Origin: Cyanophora paradoxa CCMP329
Taxonomy: Eukaryota > Plantae > Glaucophyta
Direction of reading: 5' to 3'
Assembly (NCBI GenBank): GCA_004431415.1
Contig: QPMI01000224.1
Location: 1-64,000 of the forward strand
DNA: 64,000 nt
Position 1 is the first letter of the stretch. The number at the start of each line of letters is the position of its first letter. Below the pieces are notes generated by a model. It ran no database searches. It worked only from the letters and a program-made list of their open reading frames with translations, and had not been told where the DNA came from. Made by a program: the position numbers and the translations under genes. Below are positions 23,901 to 36,200 of the stretch, in pieces.

Positions 23901-24354
23901 AAGCCGCCGTTCGCCTCCAGGAGGAAGTCGGCCGGGGCCTTCGGCACTTGCCCGACGGGCGCCGGAGCTGCCCCGCCGACCACGCGCTGCGGCGCCGGAC
24001 GACTCGAGGCCCTCCCTTGTTGCACCGGCTCGGGCTTCGCGCCCGCAGCGGCGAATCTCGGGTCGGGCGCGGTCGGCTTCGAGCTGGGAGGGGCGGCGCT
24101 GGACGCCGCGTCTCGGAGCCATGCGTCGATGCTCTTGGTTTGCGGGGGGGTTTCCTTCGTTAAAACTTTCGCGACGCCGCGCGAGCTCACCGTGGCGCTG
24201 AGGTCGGAGACTGGGCCGCTCGTCAGTTAATGCGCCAACAGGAGGAGCGCGGGGCGAACGAACGGCGCGGCTGGCTCCGGTCAGAACACAGAGCATGTCG
24301 CAGACGTCTCCGGTCAAACGTCTGGATCTCGTTGAGGAAGTCGGCTCGCGACAT
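20943..24354 (-). CDS. Proline-rich protein with N-terminal WH2 motif, WIP/verprolin-like WH1-binding motif and C-terminal B-box zinc finger
   Basis: MSRADFLNEIQTFDRRRLRH (24354-24295). HGRFTFPARLPDPPRYKGVSKKYLSQR (about 23565-23642). B-box CEGCGTHHARVHCADCARHLCAECDEAVHRPMPARDHAR (about 21310-21430). Exon linkage is inferred and the first donor is ambiguous. Confidence 0.6.
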
Positions 24355-24561
24355 GGGTGGGCAGCCCGCGCCGGCCTGCCGGCGGGCGAAGACGCTCCGT
24401 GCTGTTCCGGCACGCTACTTCTACCGAGACGCGGCTGCTGCTTGCAACGGCGGCGAGCGCAGGACCACCTTCGAGGGGGGTAGAGCCTCAGGCAACCGCG
24501 ACACATCGCGCAGACTCGCGGCGCGGCTGGGCCCTTTGTGAGGTGCCGGGCTCGGTGCGCG

Positions 24562-27500
24562 ATGTGGCGGCCAGAAGGTGGCCTGCTGCTCGCCGCCAGC
24601 CTCATTCTGCTGGCCGGCGGGGCGCTCGCGCTCTACGAGGACCAAGTCGGCGTCGTCGACTGGTGCGGCGTACTTTATCGCGTTCATTCATCGAAGGAGC
24701 TGATCCTCGAACGCAGGTACAAGGACAACATTGGCGAGGTCACTCACGCCGTCGTCCACCCGGCCGCGAACCAGCGGCGCGCGTTCGTCGGCACGCGCCA
24801 CGGAGTCGTCGCCAGCATCAACATGCGCACGGGCCAGTCTTTCTGGCGGCAGGTGCTCCCCGAGGGCGAGGACGTCCGATGGCTGGAGTTCGATGGCAAG
24901 AGTGCGCGGGAGTTCGCTCGCCACTGCCCCCCGCAGCCGCTAACTCGCTGCGGCCTCCAGCGCTCTTCTCCGTGTCGGGCCCCTGTAAGTCGGTGCGGGC
25001 GTGGAACCCGACCTCGGGGGCGCTCTCCTGGGACGACCAAGCGTTCTCCGGGGGCCTGTCGGGCGAGGTGCGCGCCGCCCCGCGGGGCGGGCCGATCGCG
25101 CGGCGAGGCGGGGCGGCAGGCGGCGTGCGAGGCGGCCGTCACTCGGGACGTGAACGAGGACGAGATGCCGGACCTCGCGCTCCTCGCGAACAACGCCGTC
25201 CGCTTCTGGAGCGGCGCCGACGGGCACCGCCTCTGGTCCTGGGAGGACAGCTCTGCCGAGGGCGCGCACACCAACTACCTGCGCCTCGTGGCGCGCTCGC
25301 CGGCCTCGGCGACGGGCGGCGGCGCCGGCTCGCGGCACCTGCACGTCGTGGGCGTGCAGCGGAGAGAGGGCGAGGGCGCGGCGCAGCTGGTCGTGGTGAC
25401 GCTGGACGCGGCGCGCGGCTCGCAGCTCTCGCGGGAGACGATCGCGGCGCCCGGCGAGGCGGAGGCGATGCGGCGCCTCATCGTCGTCTCCAACCGCCTC
25501 GTCCTCTGGCTCGGCCAGCAGGAGACCGGCAGCGGGGAGGCCACCCTTTACGGCCACCGCCTCGGCCAGAAGCAGCAGCTCCACTCCTTCGGCGTCCACA
25601 GGCGCCCCGCCCGCCCCCCCCCCCCCCCCCGCCCCCCCGCCCTCCTCACGCGCGCGCGCAGCTTCTTCCCCGTGGTCTCGCACGTGCCGGCGGGGACGGC
25701 GATGGAACTTCTCCCCAACCGCCTCCCCGACGCCTTCATCATGCGGGTGCGCGCCGGCGCGCTTGGCTGGCGGCGGCCGTGGCGTGGGAGGCGAGGGGGC
25801 GGGCAGGTGGGCGCGGAGCACGCGGCGGCGGTGCGGGTGGCGGCGACGGCGGAGGACGAGCGGCTGCCGCCGGCGATGCAGCTCATCCACGAGTTCGACA
25901 AGCCCGGGCGCGTCTTCTCGGAGGGGAGCGTGGATGGGAAGGGCGTGCCGCACCTGGCGAGCGCGGTGGCCGGCGGCGACGGGCAGGCGCTGGCGCTGGA
26001 GGTGCTCAACCTGCGCACGGGCCTCGTCGCCGCGCAGGGGCCCGTCGCCGCCCTCGCCCCCCGCGAGCACGGCCCGCCCCTCCGCCTCTTCCTCTCCACC
26101 GTCTCCCGCAAGGCGCCCCCCGCCCCCCGCCGGCGCCCCCCGCGGCGCTGAGGGGGCGGCAGGAGGAGGGGGCGCTGCAGCGGGCGCTGGTGGTGACGGC
26201 GGACCACCAGCTCTCGCTGCACGCCGGCGGCGAGCTCCTCTGGCAACGCCACGAGGCCCTCGCCTCCGTCGTCAAGGCCCGCCCCCGCCCGCCCCGCCCC
26301 GCCCGCCCCCGCCGAGCCCGCGCCCGCAGATCCGGTTCGGGGAGCTGCCGCAGCGCTCGGTGACGTCGCGGCCGCGGCCGGAGCTGGAGGAGGAGGCGCC
26401 CCTCTCGGGGGCCCTCCACGAGGTCCCCCCGCGCCGCCCCGCCCCGCCGCGTGCGCTGAGGGGCCGGGGGCGGGGCAGCTGCTCGGGAGCCTGCGGCGGC
26501 GCGCCCTCGTGGACCTCGCCGAGGACGCCTTCTCCGCCCTCGACCAGTCCGCCCCGCCCCGCCCCGCCCCGGCCCCGGCCGCCCCGGGCGCCTCTCACGG
26601 GCGGCGGCGGCAGGCTGCGGCGGCTGGCGGGGCTGGCGGCCCCCGCGCCGGGGCGGGCGCGGGAGGAGGCCCCCGCGGAGCTCACCGCCGACCGCTTCGG
26701 CTTCCGCCGCCTCCTCTTCCTCCTCACCGGCCCGCCCCGCCCCGCCCGCCCCGCCCCGCCCCGCACCTGAGCGGGGCGCAGAGCCGGGCAAGCTTTTCGC
26801 GCTGCACACCGAGCGGGGCGCCATCCTCTGGTCGCGCTACCTGCCCGGCCCCGCGGGGCCCGGGGCGCGGCCGGCGGCGCTGCGGGCGCTGCTGGCGGAG
26901 GCGCCGCACGGGCCGTCGCCCGGGGCGGTGCTGGTCGTCACGGAGGCGGCCGTGCTGCGCTTCCGCTCGACGACGGGGGAGGAGCTGGGGCGGCACGCGC
27001 TGCCCTCCCCGGCAACGCACGCCGCGCTCCTGCACGAGGCCCCCGGCGAGGCGCACGCCGCGCACCGCGCGGGGCCCGTCCTGGTGGTCGCCACCGAGGC
27101 CGCCCGCCTCCTCCACTTCCCCGAGACGCCCGAGGCGGCGGCCGCCGTCGCGCGGCGCGCCGGCTCCATCGCCCTCCACACGGTCGACCGCGCCGCCGGC
27201 ACCGTCACCGGCTGCCGCGTCGTCGCCCCCGCGTCGGGGGCAGGGCTCGAGTGCGAGGCCTCCTGGCTCTTCTCCCTGCCGCCGCACGAGGCCCTGCAGC
27301 GCGTCTTCTACCCGCCCGAGCGCGAGGCCGTCCACGTCGCCGTCAAGGCCCGCCCCGCCCCGCCCCGCGCCGCCCCGCGCAGCGCGGCGGGGCGGGCGGG
27401 GCGGGGCCGACGGGGCGGGGCAGGTGGTGCGGGACCGGGAGGTGCACTACAAGTACGTCAACCCGAACCTCATGCTCGTCGCCGCCACCTCCGCCCCCCA

Positions 27501-28429
27501 CTCCCTCCCGGGGGCCGGCCCCAAGGGCGCCCCCCGCCTCGTCCCCGCCGCCGTGAGCGTGTACGCGGTGGACGGGGTGACGGGGGCGGTGGTGCACGCG
27601 GCGACGCACCGGCACGCGCGGGGCCCGGTGGCGGCGGCGCTCTCGGAGCACACGCTGGTGTACCACTACTGGAACGAGGAGGCGCAGCAGTTCGAGGTGG
27701 CCTCGGTGGAGCTGCAGTGCGAGCCCGAGGGCCTCTCCCTCGCCACCCCCTCCCTCGCCCTCCGCGGCCTCCTCTCCCTCAAGCCCCCGCGCAGGCCCGC
27801 CCCCCCCCGCCCCGCCCCGCCCCGCCCCTCCGCTGACGTCCCCGACGCAGCGAGCGCGAGTTCTCCTCCTTCACGGCGCCGGCGCCCTCGGCGGTGCGGC
27901 AGACGTACGTCTTCTCGACGGCCATCCGCGCCATCGGCGTCACGCAGACCGCCCGCGGGATCACCCCCAAGCACTTGCTCCGTGCGCGCCGCGGCGGGGC
28001 GGGGCGGGGGCGCTCGCTGAGGGCGGGGCAGTGGCGCTGGCGTCGGAGCAGCTGATGGCGCTGGACCGGCGCTTCGTGGACGCGCGGCGGCCCGTGGGCC
28101 CCGTGAGCCAGGCCGAGCGCGAGGAGGGGATCGTCCCCTACAACCCCCGCATCTTCGTCTACCCGCAGCTCGTGCTCTCCTACAACCTCACCCTGCACCG
28201 CGTGCGGGAGGTGGCGACGGCGCCGGCGACGCTCGAGTCCTCCTCGCACGTGCTCGCGTGGGGCCTGGACCTCTTCTACACGCGCCACGCCCCCGCCAAG
28301 CAGTTCGACCTCCTCAACGACGACTTCAACAAGGGCCTCCTGCTCGCCACCTGCACGGGGGTCGTCGCCGCCACCCTCCTCGCCTACTGGGTCGCCAAGG
28401 CCCGCGAGGCCGCCGTCGCCTGGAAGTAG
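24562..28429 (+). CDS. EMC1: ER membrane protein complex subunit 1 (13 introns)
   Basis: Signal peptide then ALYEDQVGVVDW, a PQQ-like propeller, DRFGFRRL, DREVHYKYVNPN, TQTARGITPKHLL, EREEGIVPY, LESSSHVLAWGLDLFYTRHAPAKQFDLLNDDFNK, and a C-terminal TM ending AWK*. Confidence 0.95.
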
Positions 28430-28746
28430 CTCGCTTGCAGTGTCGTGTAGAATCCCAGATGATAGCGCAGAGCCTGCAGGGCCCAGGGTTCCGAGGACTC
28501 GGGAATCGGCGAGGATCGTGGGGGGGTAGAGGAATTGCAGCATCGTTGTGCCCGCGAGCTGCAGTACTAGTAGTCCGATCGGCGCCATTGCAATTGCGAC
28601 CGCGGAATCGACGCCCTACCGCTGGTGGCAGGCGCTGCTCCTGGGCGTCGACGGGCGGGGCAGCGGGCGGCCGACGCCGCCCGCAGTGCCAGGCACTGCC
28701 AGCACTGCGCATGCCAGGCTGCCAGGTTCGACGGGGCGTTCCTCGT

Positions 28747-31700
28747 ATGGGCGCGACACGCATCCACAGGCTGCGGTCCAACTGCCTCGCCATCATCGCT
28801 CTTGCGCTGCTGCTGCTGCCATCGAGCGCCACCGGGCTCACATCGACCGCTGAAGTGCGTGCTTGTCCCGGGCCTTCAACAACCATCGCCAACGCACGCG
28901 CGCAGGCTGCAAGTTTACCAGCTCGAGCTCGCCAGTTTCTTGACGAAATCGACGTTCGCCTGGCCGAGGTCGAGTACACTTCGAGCTTAGCAGGTGCTTT
29001 CCTCAGACCCAGGCTATGGCCGGCGCGCGCGTGCCTTCCGCTAGCGCGCGAACGGTTCGGAAACACTGCGCGTTGAATGACACGGTCTCAGCTTGGCGCT
29101 ACAACACCAACCTCACCGCTGAGAATCAGAGGCTCGTCGTCCAGAATGAAGTGAAGGCGAATGCCCTCGCGCTTGAAGCGTGGCGGCGGACAACGGCACT
29201 CCTCGAGGACAATCGAAAAGCTGGCGGAGTCATCGATGACAGCGCCATGCGGGAGCTCGAGCTCATGCGTGTCCAGCTCGGCGGCGCGCATCCTGACCCC
29301 GCGAAGGCGGAGGAGCTCGCGGAAATCGCGAAGCAGCTCGAGCAGATTTATGGGAGTGGGAAGGTCGCCCCTGCCGTTCCTTTCGCCGCCGCCCCCGCCG
29401 CCCTCATCCGCCTCCTCACGTGCACCGCCGACCCCCGCCGCCCTCCTCCGCGTCGGGACAGGTCGGGACACGGCGGCTCGAGGATCTGGAGCGCCTGATG
29501 GCCACCTCCGACGACTACGACGTCGTTCTCGACGTGCATCTTTCCCTCCCCCCCCCCCCCCCCCCCTTCCGTCCCCACCCGCTTCCCCCGCCCCCTCTCC
29601 ATGCCCGCTGCCGCGTCTCCTTTCCGCGCCTGCGCCTGAGGCGCTCTGCGCAGGCGTGGCGCGGCTGGCGGGAGAGCGTGGGCCCGCGTGCGTGGCGCTG
29701 CGCGGGGCTGTGGGGCGGCGTGCCGAGGCGCGGGGCGCGGGGCGCAGAGATGCGGGCGCTGTACGAGCGGATGGTCGCTCTTCTCAACGAGGGCGCCCGA
29801 GCCAGGTTCGCCCCGCACCCCGCAGCCCGCCCGTCGCCCTCCCCCCCCCCCCCCCCCCCCCCCCCCCCGCCGCCCACCCCCCCTCCGCTCCCTTGAGCTG
29901 TTGGCGGCAGCGGCTTTGCAGACGCTGGGGCGCGCTGGCGCGCGTCGTATCTGCCCCTCTCCCCGAAGGAAGTGGAGTACGAGGTGGACAGGCTCTGGGG
30001 CCAGCTGCGACCCGTGCGTCGCAGGCCGCAATCCATACTTTGCGACAACACGTTCCTGAGTTTCCTCTGACGGTTTCTAGCTGTACACTGAGCTGCACTG
30101 CGTCACGCGGGACAAGGTGCGGGGCGCCAGCTGCAGCTGCAGACGCCCGCTCCCGAACGCGCTCGCCGACCACGGGCGTACGGCAGCTCTCCCGCTTCTA
30201 CGGCAAGGAGCGCGTGGATCCCAGCGGGCTCATCCCCGCGCACATCTTGTCTCTTCCCTCGCCCCGCCCCGCCCCATCCCCGCCCCGTGCTCACCGTGCG
30301 CGCCCCTCTGCAGGGGGAACATGTGGGCGCAGGACTGGCAGCACATCTTCCGCCTGGTCGCCCCCTACGCCAACGCCTCCAGCAACGACGCGACAGCGCG
30401 TCTCGTTCGTCCCCCGCGCCCGTTCCCCCTGCGGTCCCTCCCCCGAGGCCGCGCCAGGTGTCGCAGGGGTACACGCCGGAGCGGATGTACCGTCTCGCGG
30501 AGAGCTTCTTCCGCTCCATCGGTGCGCCAGGCGAGTGTGGATGTGGGGGGCGGGGGGCTGACGGGGAGCAGGCCTGGAGGCGCTGCCGGGGGCCTTCTGG
30601 CGGGAGTCGATGCTGGAGCGGCCGCGGGACGGGCGCGAGGTGGTCTGCCACGCGAGCGCCTGGGACATGAACGCCCCGGGGCTCGAGCGCGACGTCCGCA
30701 TCAAGGCCTGCGCCGCCCCCAGCCAGGTCCCCGCCCCCGCCCCCGCCCGACACCCTCCTGCCGCCCACTCGCCATCGCTCCCGCAGGAGGACCTCTTCGT
30801 CGCGCATCACGAGATGGGCCACTGCTACTATTATCTCCAGGTCCCCCCAGCTCCCCCCCGCCCTGCCCCGCCCCTCCTATTTTCTCCCGCAGTACGCTTC
30901 GCTGCGAGCGATGCACCGGCAAGGGGCGCACGACGGGTGCGGCCAGCGGGGGCGCTGCTCTGCGGCCGTGGCGCGCTGCCCTTGGCTGACGACTGCGGAC
31001 AGCTTCCACGAGGCGGTTGGGGACGCCGTGCGGTGTGGCCCCGCAGGCATCGGCGGCGGCCCTGCATCTGCCGCGCCCTCGCCGACGCGCGCCCGCGCAG
31101 CCTCTCGGTCTCGACGCCCAAGCACCTCTACGAGATCGGCCTCGCGGACGCCCCCAGCTCGAGCCCCGAGGCGACCATCAACGCCCAGATGCTGGTCCCC
31201 CCCCCCCCCCCCCCTCCCTCCCCACCCCCCCGCTCCCCGTCCCCCCCGGTGGATTCCGCAGCTGATGGTGACGGCGTCTCAGGTCGGACTGGAGAAGATA
31301 CCCTTCCTTCCTTTCGCTCTCTCCCTGGAGTTCTGGCGCTGGCGTGTCTTTTCGGGCCAGATCCCGCCCTCCCGCTACACCCAGGAGTACTGGAACCTCT
31401 ATGCGCGCTACGCCGGCGTAGCACCGGCAGTCGAGCGCAAAGACCCCGCTGCCTTCGACCCCGGTTCGTCGCGAGTGCCGCCGTTTTCCCGTTTTCAGGA
31501 TGTGTGCGAGGCACTGATTCAAACTCATTCCTTCTGATCGCGAAGGTGCCAAATACCACATCGCTGCCGGGGTATCGTGTAGTTTTGCTGCTTTCGAGAT
31601 ACCGCCATTTGTTCTGTTGAACTTTTCCGTTTGCAGGTCCCCTATCTTCGATACTTTTTTTCGTTTGTGCTTCAATTTCAGGTACCTTGGGGCCTTGGAA

Positions 31701-32393
31701 TTTCCGGCTTTTTGTGTCCCTCATGCACCCTTTCAGATGCACGCGGCGCTCTGCTCCGCGGCGGGGCACCAAGGTCCACTCCACGAGTGCTCGATATATG
31801 GCTCCAAGGAAGCCGGCACCCGCCTGCGTGCTGTGCGGCCTGCTCTCGTTCCCGCACCCGTGTGGAGTTGCTGACGGGAGGCAGGCGCTGGCGATGGGCC
31901 GCTCGCGCCCGTGGCCGGACGTGCTGGAGGCGCTGACGGGGAAGCGGGCGATGGACGCCGGCCCGCTGCTCGCCTACTTCGAGCCCCTGCGGCAGCACCT
32001 GCGGGAGGAGATCGCCAGGCGCCGCCTCCAGTGCGGCTGGCGGGGGGCCGACCGCACGGGGGCCGACGAGAACCCCGCGGCGGCGGGGGACTACAGCGAG
32101 GAGGCGCGGCGCAGCGTGGGGCAGGTGGCCGGCATCGCCGCCGGCTGCCTCCTCGCCGCGGCCGTCGTCGGCATCGCCATCGCCCTCGCCGTTCGCTGCG
32201 CCCGCGCCCGCCGCCCCCGCCGCTACACCGCCGCCCTCCAGGAGGTGCCCCGCCCCGCCCCCGATCCCCATCCCCAGCCGCCCCGCCCCAGGCCTCTGAA
32301 ACGTGACCCCCGGCGCCCTGCCAGGCCGACTCCGCAGGCTTCGTTGACGTCGAGCTCGATGATCCCCACACGGGCCCCGCCCCTCCTCATTAA
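28747..32393 (+). CDS. ACE: Angiotensin-converting-enzyme-like peptidyl-dipeptidase (family M2), single catalytic domain, type I membrane protein
   Basis: Signal peptide, [15 protein letters not shown]|[27 protein letters not shown] (30805-30822), GFHEAVGD, FDP|[36 protein letters not shown], then [25 protein letters not shown]. Confidence 0.95.
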
Positions 32394-32399
32394 CTCCAA

Positions 32400-33200
32400 T
32401 GGTATTGATAGCTGCTCATGATCATATGCAGTGGTCTAGTTCATCTGACCTTCTGTGTGTGGATCGCTTTCAAAGTTTCAATCTTATGCACTTGTATTGT
32501 TCAGGACAATTCCACGATCGCGATTTAGATCTACAGAGGAGTCGAATAGTCTATAGCTAGGTCCGGATCTTCGGATCCTTAATTATAATATCCGAGACTG
32601 CATGATCATGAGTGCACGTGGCACTAGATCACTTATCATCATGCATATGGCATGATCATGAGTGGCACTAGAGCCTACTAGTACCGTAGTACGTAATGCG
32701 GTATCATAGTATACTCCTATAGGTACCGTAGTGGGTATACGTGTTTATACTATGATACTGTACCGTAGTAGTAAATGTGCATGTGAAGCTGCAGGAGCTG
32801 GCCCAGTGGCATGTGTCTCATGATGTCATGAAGCCTGAAGGTAGGTCACTGAGGTGCCGCAGTGCTGCCAGGCTGATCATGAAGGTAGGTCACTGAGGTG
32901 CCGCAGTGCTGCCAGGCTGATCATGAAGCGCACCAACGATACTATGATAATCATGAGCCAAAGCCATGCCCATGAATACCCCCCCGGGGGCCGGGGGTAT
33001 CCCCAGCCTGGCAGCCCCGCGGGGCTGATCATAGGATCCCCGGTCCCCAACGCCGCGGCCCGGCGGCGGTCGACATAAATTGCAATTAAATCATTCAAAT
33101 GCAATTGTTTACTCATCTCACCAATTGCAAATGCAAGCGAAACCAAGGAAGCCTGCAGCTGGCTCTAGATCTATATTTAGCCATGTGAACGCGACGATGT
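32400..33200. repeat. AT-richer, palindrome-rich spacer between convergent genes
   Basis: Repeated catgatcatgagtg, gcactaga, taccgtagt and aattgcaa words. Confidence 0.55.
32836..32928. repeat. Perfect 44-bp tandem duplication
   Basis: gaaggtaggtcactgaggtgccgcagtgctgccaggctgatcat at 32837-32880 and 32881-32924. Confidence 0.95.
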
Positions 33201-33232
33201 CTAGTTGCGAGGGCCGATGCAGGGGGGAAGCG

Positions 33233-36200
33233 CTAGGGGCGGCTGGGCTCGTCGCGATCGGGCGGCTGCGGGGGGAAGCGGAGCCAGGGCGAGACGGTGG
33301 GGGGGGAGGAGGCGTAGGCGGAGGAGAGGGGGAGGAGGGCGGGGGAGAGGAGGCCGGCGTCGCTGCTGCCGCTGGCGGCGCGGGCGAGGGCCGCCGCCTC
33401 CGAGACGCCCCCCTCCTCGCTCGTGTGCGACACCCGCCGCGCCCGCTCCGTCGTCTCCAGCGGCGGCAGCTTCCGCGGCGCCGGCGCGTGCACCTCCCGG
33501 TCGGGGCCCGGCACGCGCGCGAAGGAGGGCGGGCCCCACTCGACGCCCCGCCGCTCCCGCTCGCGCTCCCGCTCGCCAGGGCGGCCGTCGCCCGCGTACT
33601 CGTCGGGCTCGCGCGCGTGGCGCCGCGGCGGCGGCGTCTGCGTCTCCGGGCGCGGCGGCGGGCTCGGCGCCGGCCCCTCGGAGACGATGCGGGCGGGCGA
33701 GGTGAGCGAGGAGCGGCCTGCGTTGCGCCTCCCGGCGCCGAACTCGGACGAGTCTGCGCGCGAGGGCCGCGGCTCGCGCTCGCCGGAGTGGTTGCTGCCG
33801 CCGTGGGGCGACTGGGAGCGGGCGGGGCCGGCGCCGCGCAGCAGGTTGCCGGCGGCGTCGTAGCGCCCCGCCTCGCCGCGGTAGGGGCCCTCGGCGCCCC
33901 GCACGGGGCTCGACGAGTCTTTGCCCGCGCTGCTCGCCCGCCGCCCCCCGCCCCCGCGCCCCGAGGTGGATGGGAAGGGGGCGGGGCCGGCCTGGGGGCT
34001 CGCCTGGGGGCCGGCGGGGCCGGCGGGGCCGCGCTCGCGGGCCTCGCGGACGCGGGCGAGGAGGAAGCGGGCGGGCTGGTCGGTGGAGAGGGCGGTGATC
34101 TCGGCGAGGAGGCCCTCGGCGGCGGCGAGGTCCGCCTCCCACCACCGCACCAGCGCCGCCTCGTACTTCGCGACCACCGTGCCCCGCGGGTCCTTGTCCC
34201 CCTCCAGCTCGCTCCGCCCGCAGATCAGCTCGTACACGCACTCCTCGCTCGAGAGGCGGCCCTCGCCGCCCGCCGCCCCCGCCCCCGCCCCCGCCGCCCC
34301 GCCCCCGGGCGTCTCCGAGTCCGAGGCCGCCTCCGAGGCGCGCTCCTTGCCCGCGAGCCGACCCGGGGGAGCACCGCGGGGCGCCCCCCCTCCCCCCGCT
34401 CCTCCCCGCCGCCGTTGCCGAACGAGGCGGGGGCGGGGCCGAGGCGGGAGGGGCGGGCCCTGGGGCGGGCGAGGGAGGCGGCGCGAACGATCTCGTCGGC
34501 GGACATGCCGACGTCGCTCACGCGGTCCACGGTGCGGCACAGGTAGAAGGCCCGCACCGCCGCGAAGACGCGCTGCGAGACCAGCACCTGCGTCCCGTAC
34601 CTGCCGCCCCCGCTCGCTCGCCGCGGCGCGGGCCCGGGCCGGGGCGGGGCGGGGCGCCGGGGGCGGACTGCTGGTTGAGCTTGGAAAGGGTGACGGCGGT
34701 GCCGACGGCCTCGCCCATGGCCGCGTACACCCCGAGGCGCTCCCCGACGATCCCCACGAAGCACTCCGCCGTGTCCAGCGCGAACCGCACCTGCCGCCCC
34801 CGGCCCCGCTCGCCCCGCCCCCCGGCCCCGCGGGGAGGGGAGGGGGCACCTTGAAGTCGGCCTCGCCGCGCTGGCGGAGGGCGTCGAGGCGGTTCTTGCA
34901 GAGGAGGGCGGCGTTGACGGCCATCGTCTGGTGGCCGGTCGCCTGGCGCGGGGCGTTCCACACGGCGACGAACGTGTCGCAGCAGGCGAGCACGGTCCCC
35001 TGGTGCTCCGTGACGGCCTTGGCCACGAAGTTGAGGTACTCGCGCATCTGCTGCAGGCGCCCCTCCCGCGCCCCCGCCCCGCCCTCCGCCTCGCCCCCCG
35101 GCCCCATCGCGCTCACGACGTCCTCAACGTACGCCTGCGGCGGGTCGGGCGGGGCGGGGCGGGGCGCGGGGGGAGAGGCGGGGGCGGGGGCGGGCGCACG
35201 ACCATGACGGTGATGAGCTGGGGGCGGAGCTCGAGGTCGCCGGCGCCGTGGGCGACGCCGTTGGGCCCGGCGGCCTCCACGGCGAGGAGCAGGTTGCGGA
35301 AGGAGACGAACTCCTGCGAGACGTGCGCCAGCGAGTCCTCGATCGCGCAGATCTCCGCCAGCCGGCTCGTGATCAGCTTCGACTGCGACACCACCGCGTC
35401 CGCCGGGTTCGCCCCCTCCCCCGCCGGCGTCTGCCGCCCGCGTGAGCCCCGTGGGGCGCAGGGGGAGGAGGGGGGCTGGCGGGGAGACGGGCCTGGAGGC
35501 GGGCGAGGGAGGAGACGAGGTGGTTCATGGAGGCGCGGAGGCGGACGAGGGGGCGCGTGATGAGGAGCGAGAAGACGATGGAGACGGCGATGGAGAGGGC
35601 GAGCCAGAGGGCGTTGATGACGAGGTTGATGATGTTGGAGGTGTAGATGTTCTGGAGCAGGTCGGCGCGCGGCATGGCGAGGTGCAGCAGCCAGGCAAGC
35701 TCCCCCTGCATCCCCACCACCGACCGCGCCATGAAGTACGTGTTGCCCCCGTACGTGAACCGCGCCACCGCCTGCCCGCCCCGCCCCGACCCCGCCGCCG
35801 TGAGCCGCAGCCGGCGCGAGGGCGGGGCGGGGCGGGGCGGGGCGGGGCGGGCCGTGTCGGTGGTCTCGGGGAGGGACTGGGCGACGCAGGCGCGGACGAG
35901 GCCGTTGGCAGAGTCGGCGGCCTGGATGGGGCGGCCGTCGCGGGAGACGACCTGGACCTGCTCCGTGGAGGAGCTCGCGACCATCGCGCCGCCCCGCGTG
36001 ATGATGAACGCCAGCGTCCCCGTCGAGAGCTTCTGCTCTTGCAGGAACGTCTCCACCCCCTGCACCTGCGCGCCCCCCGCCCTCGGCCCCCGCCCCCGGC
36101 CCCCCGCCCCCCGCCCCCGGCACTCACCTCGAGGTCCGCCCCGCAGACGCCCATCACCTCCCCGTCGGCGCTCAGCAGCGGGATCGACACCGTCAGCCAC

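Noticed and set aside
32836-32928. 44-bp repeat as a CRISPR array or transposon end
   Set aside because: There are only two adjacent copies with no spacer, no cas or transposase gene and no terminal inverted repeats, in a eukaryotic context.
32877-33146. 89-aa ORF with a hydrophobic stretch
   Set aside because: It has a non-ATG start, overlaps the tandem duplication and low-complexity spacer, and lacks the codon bias of neighbouring genes.
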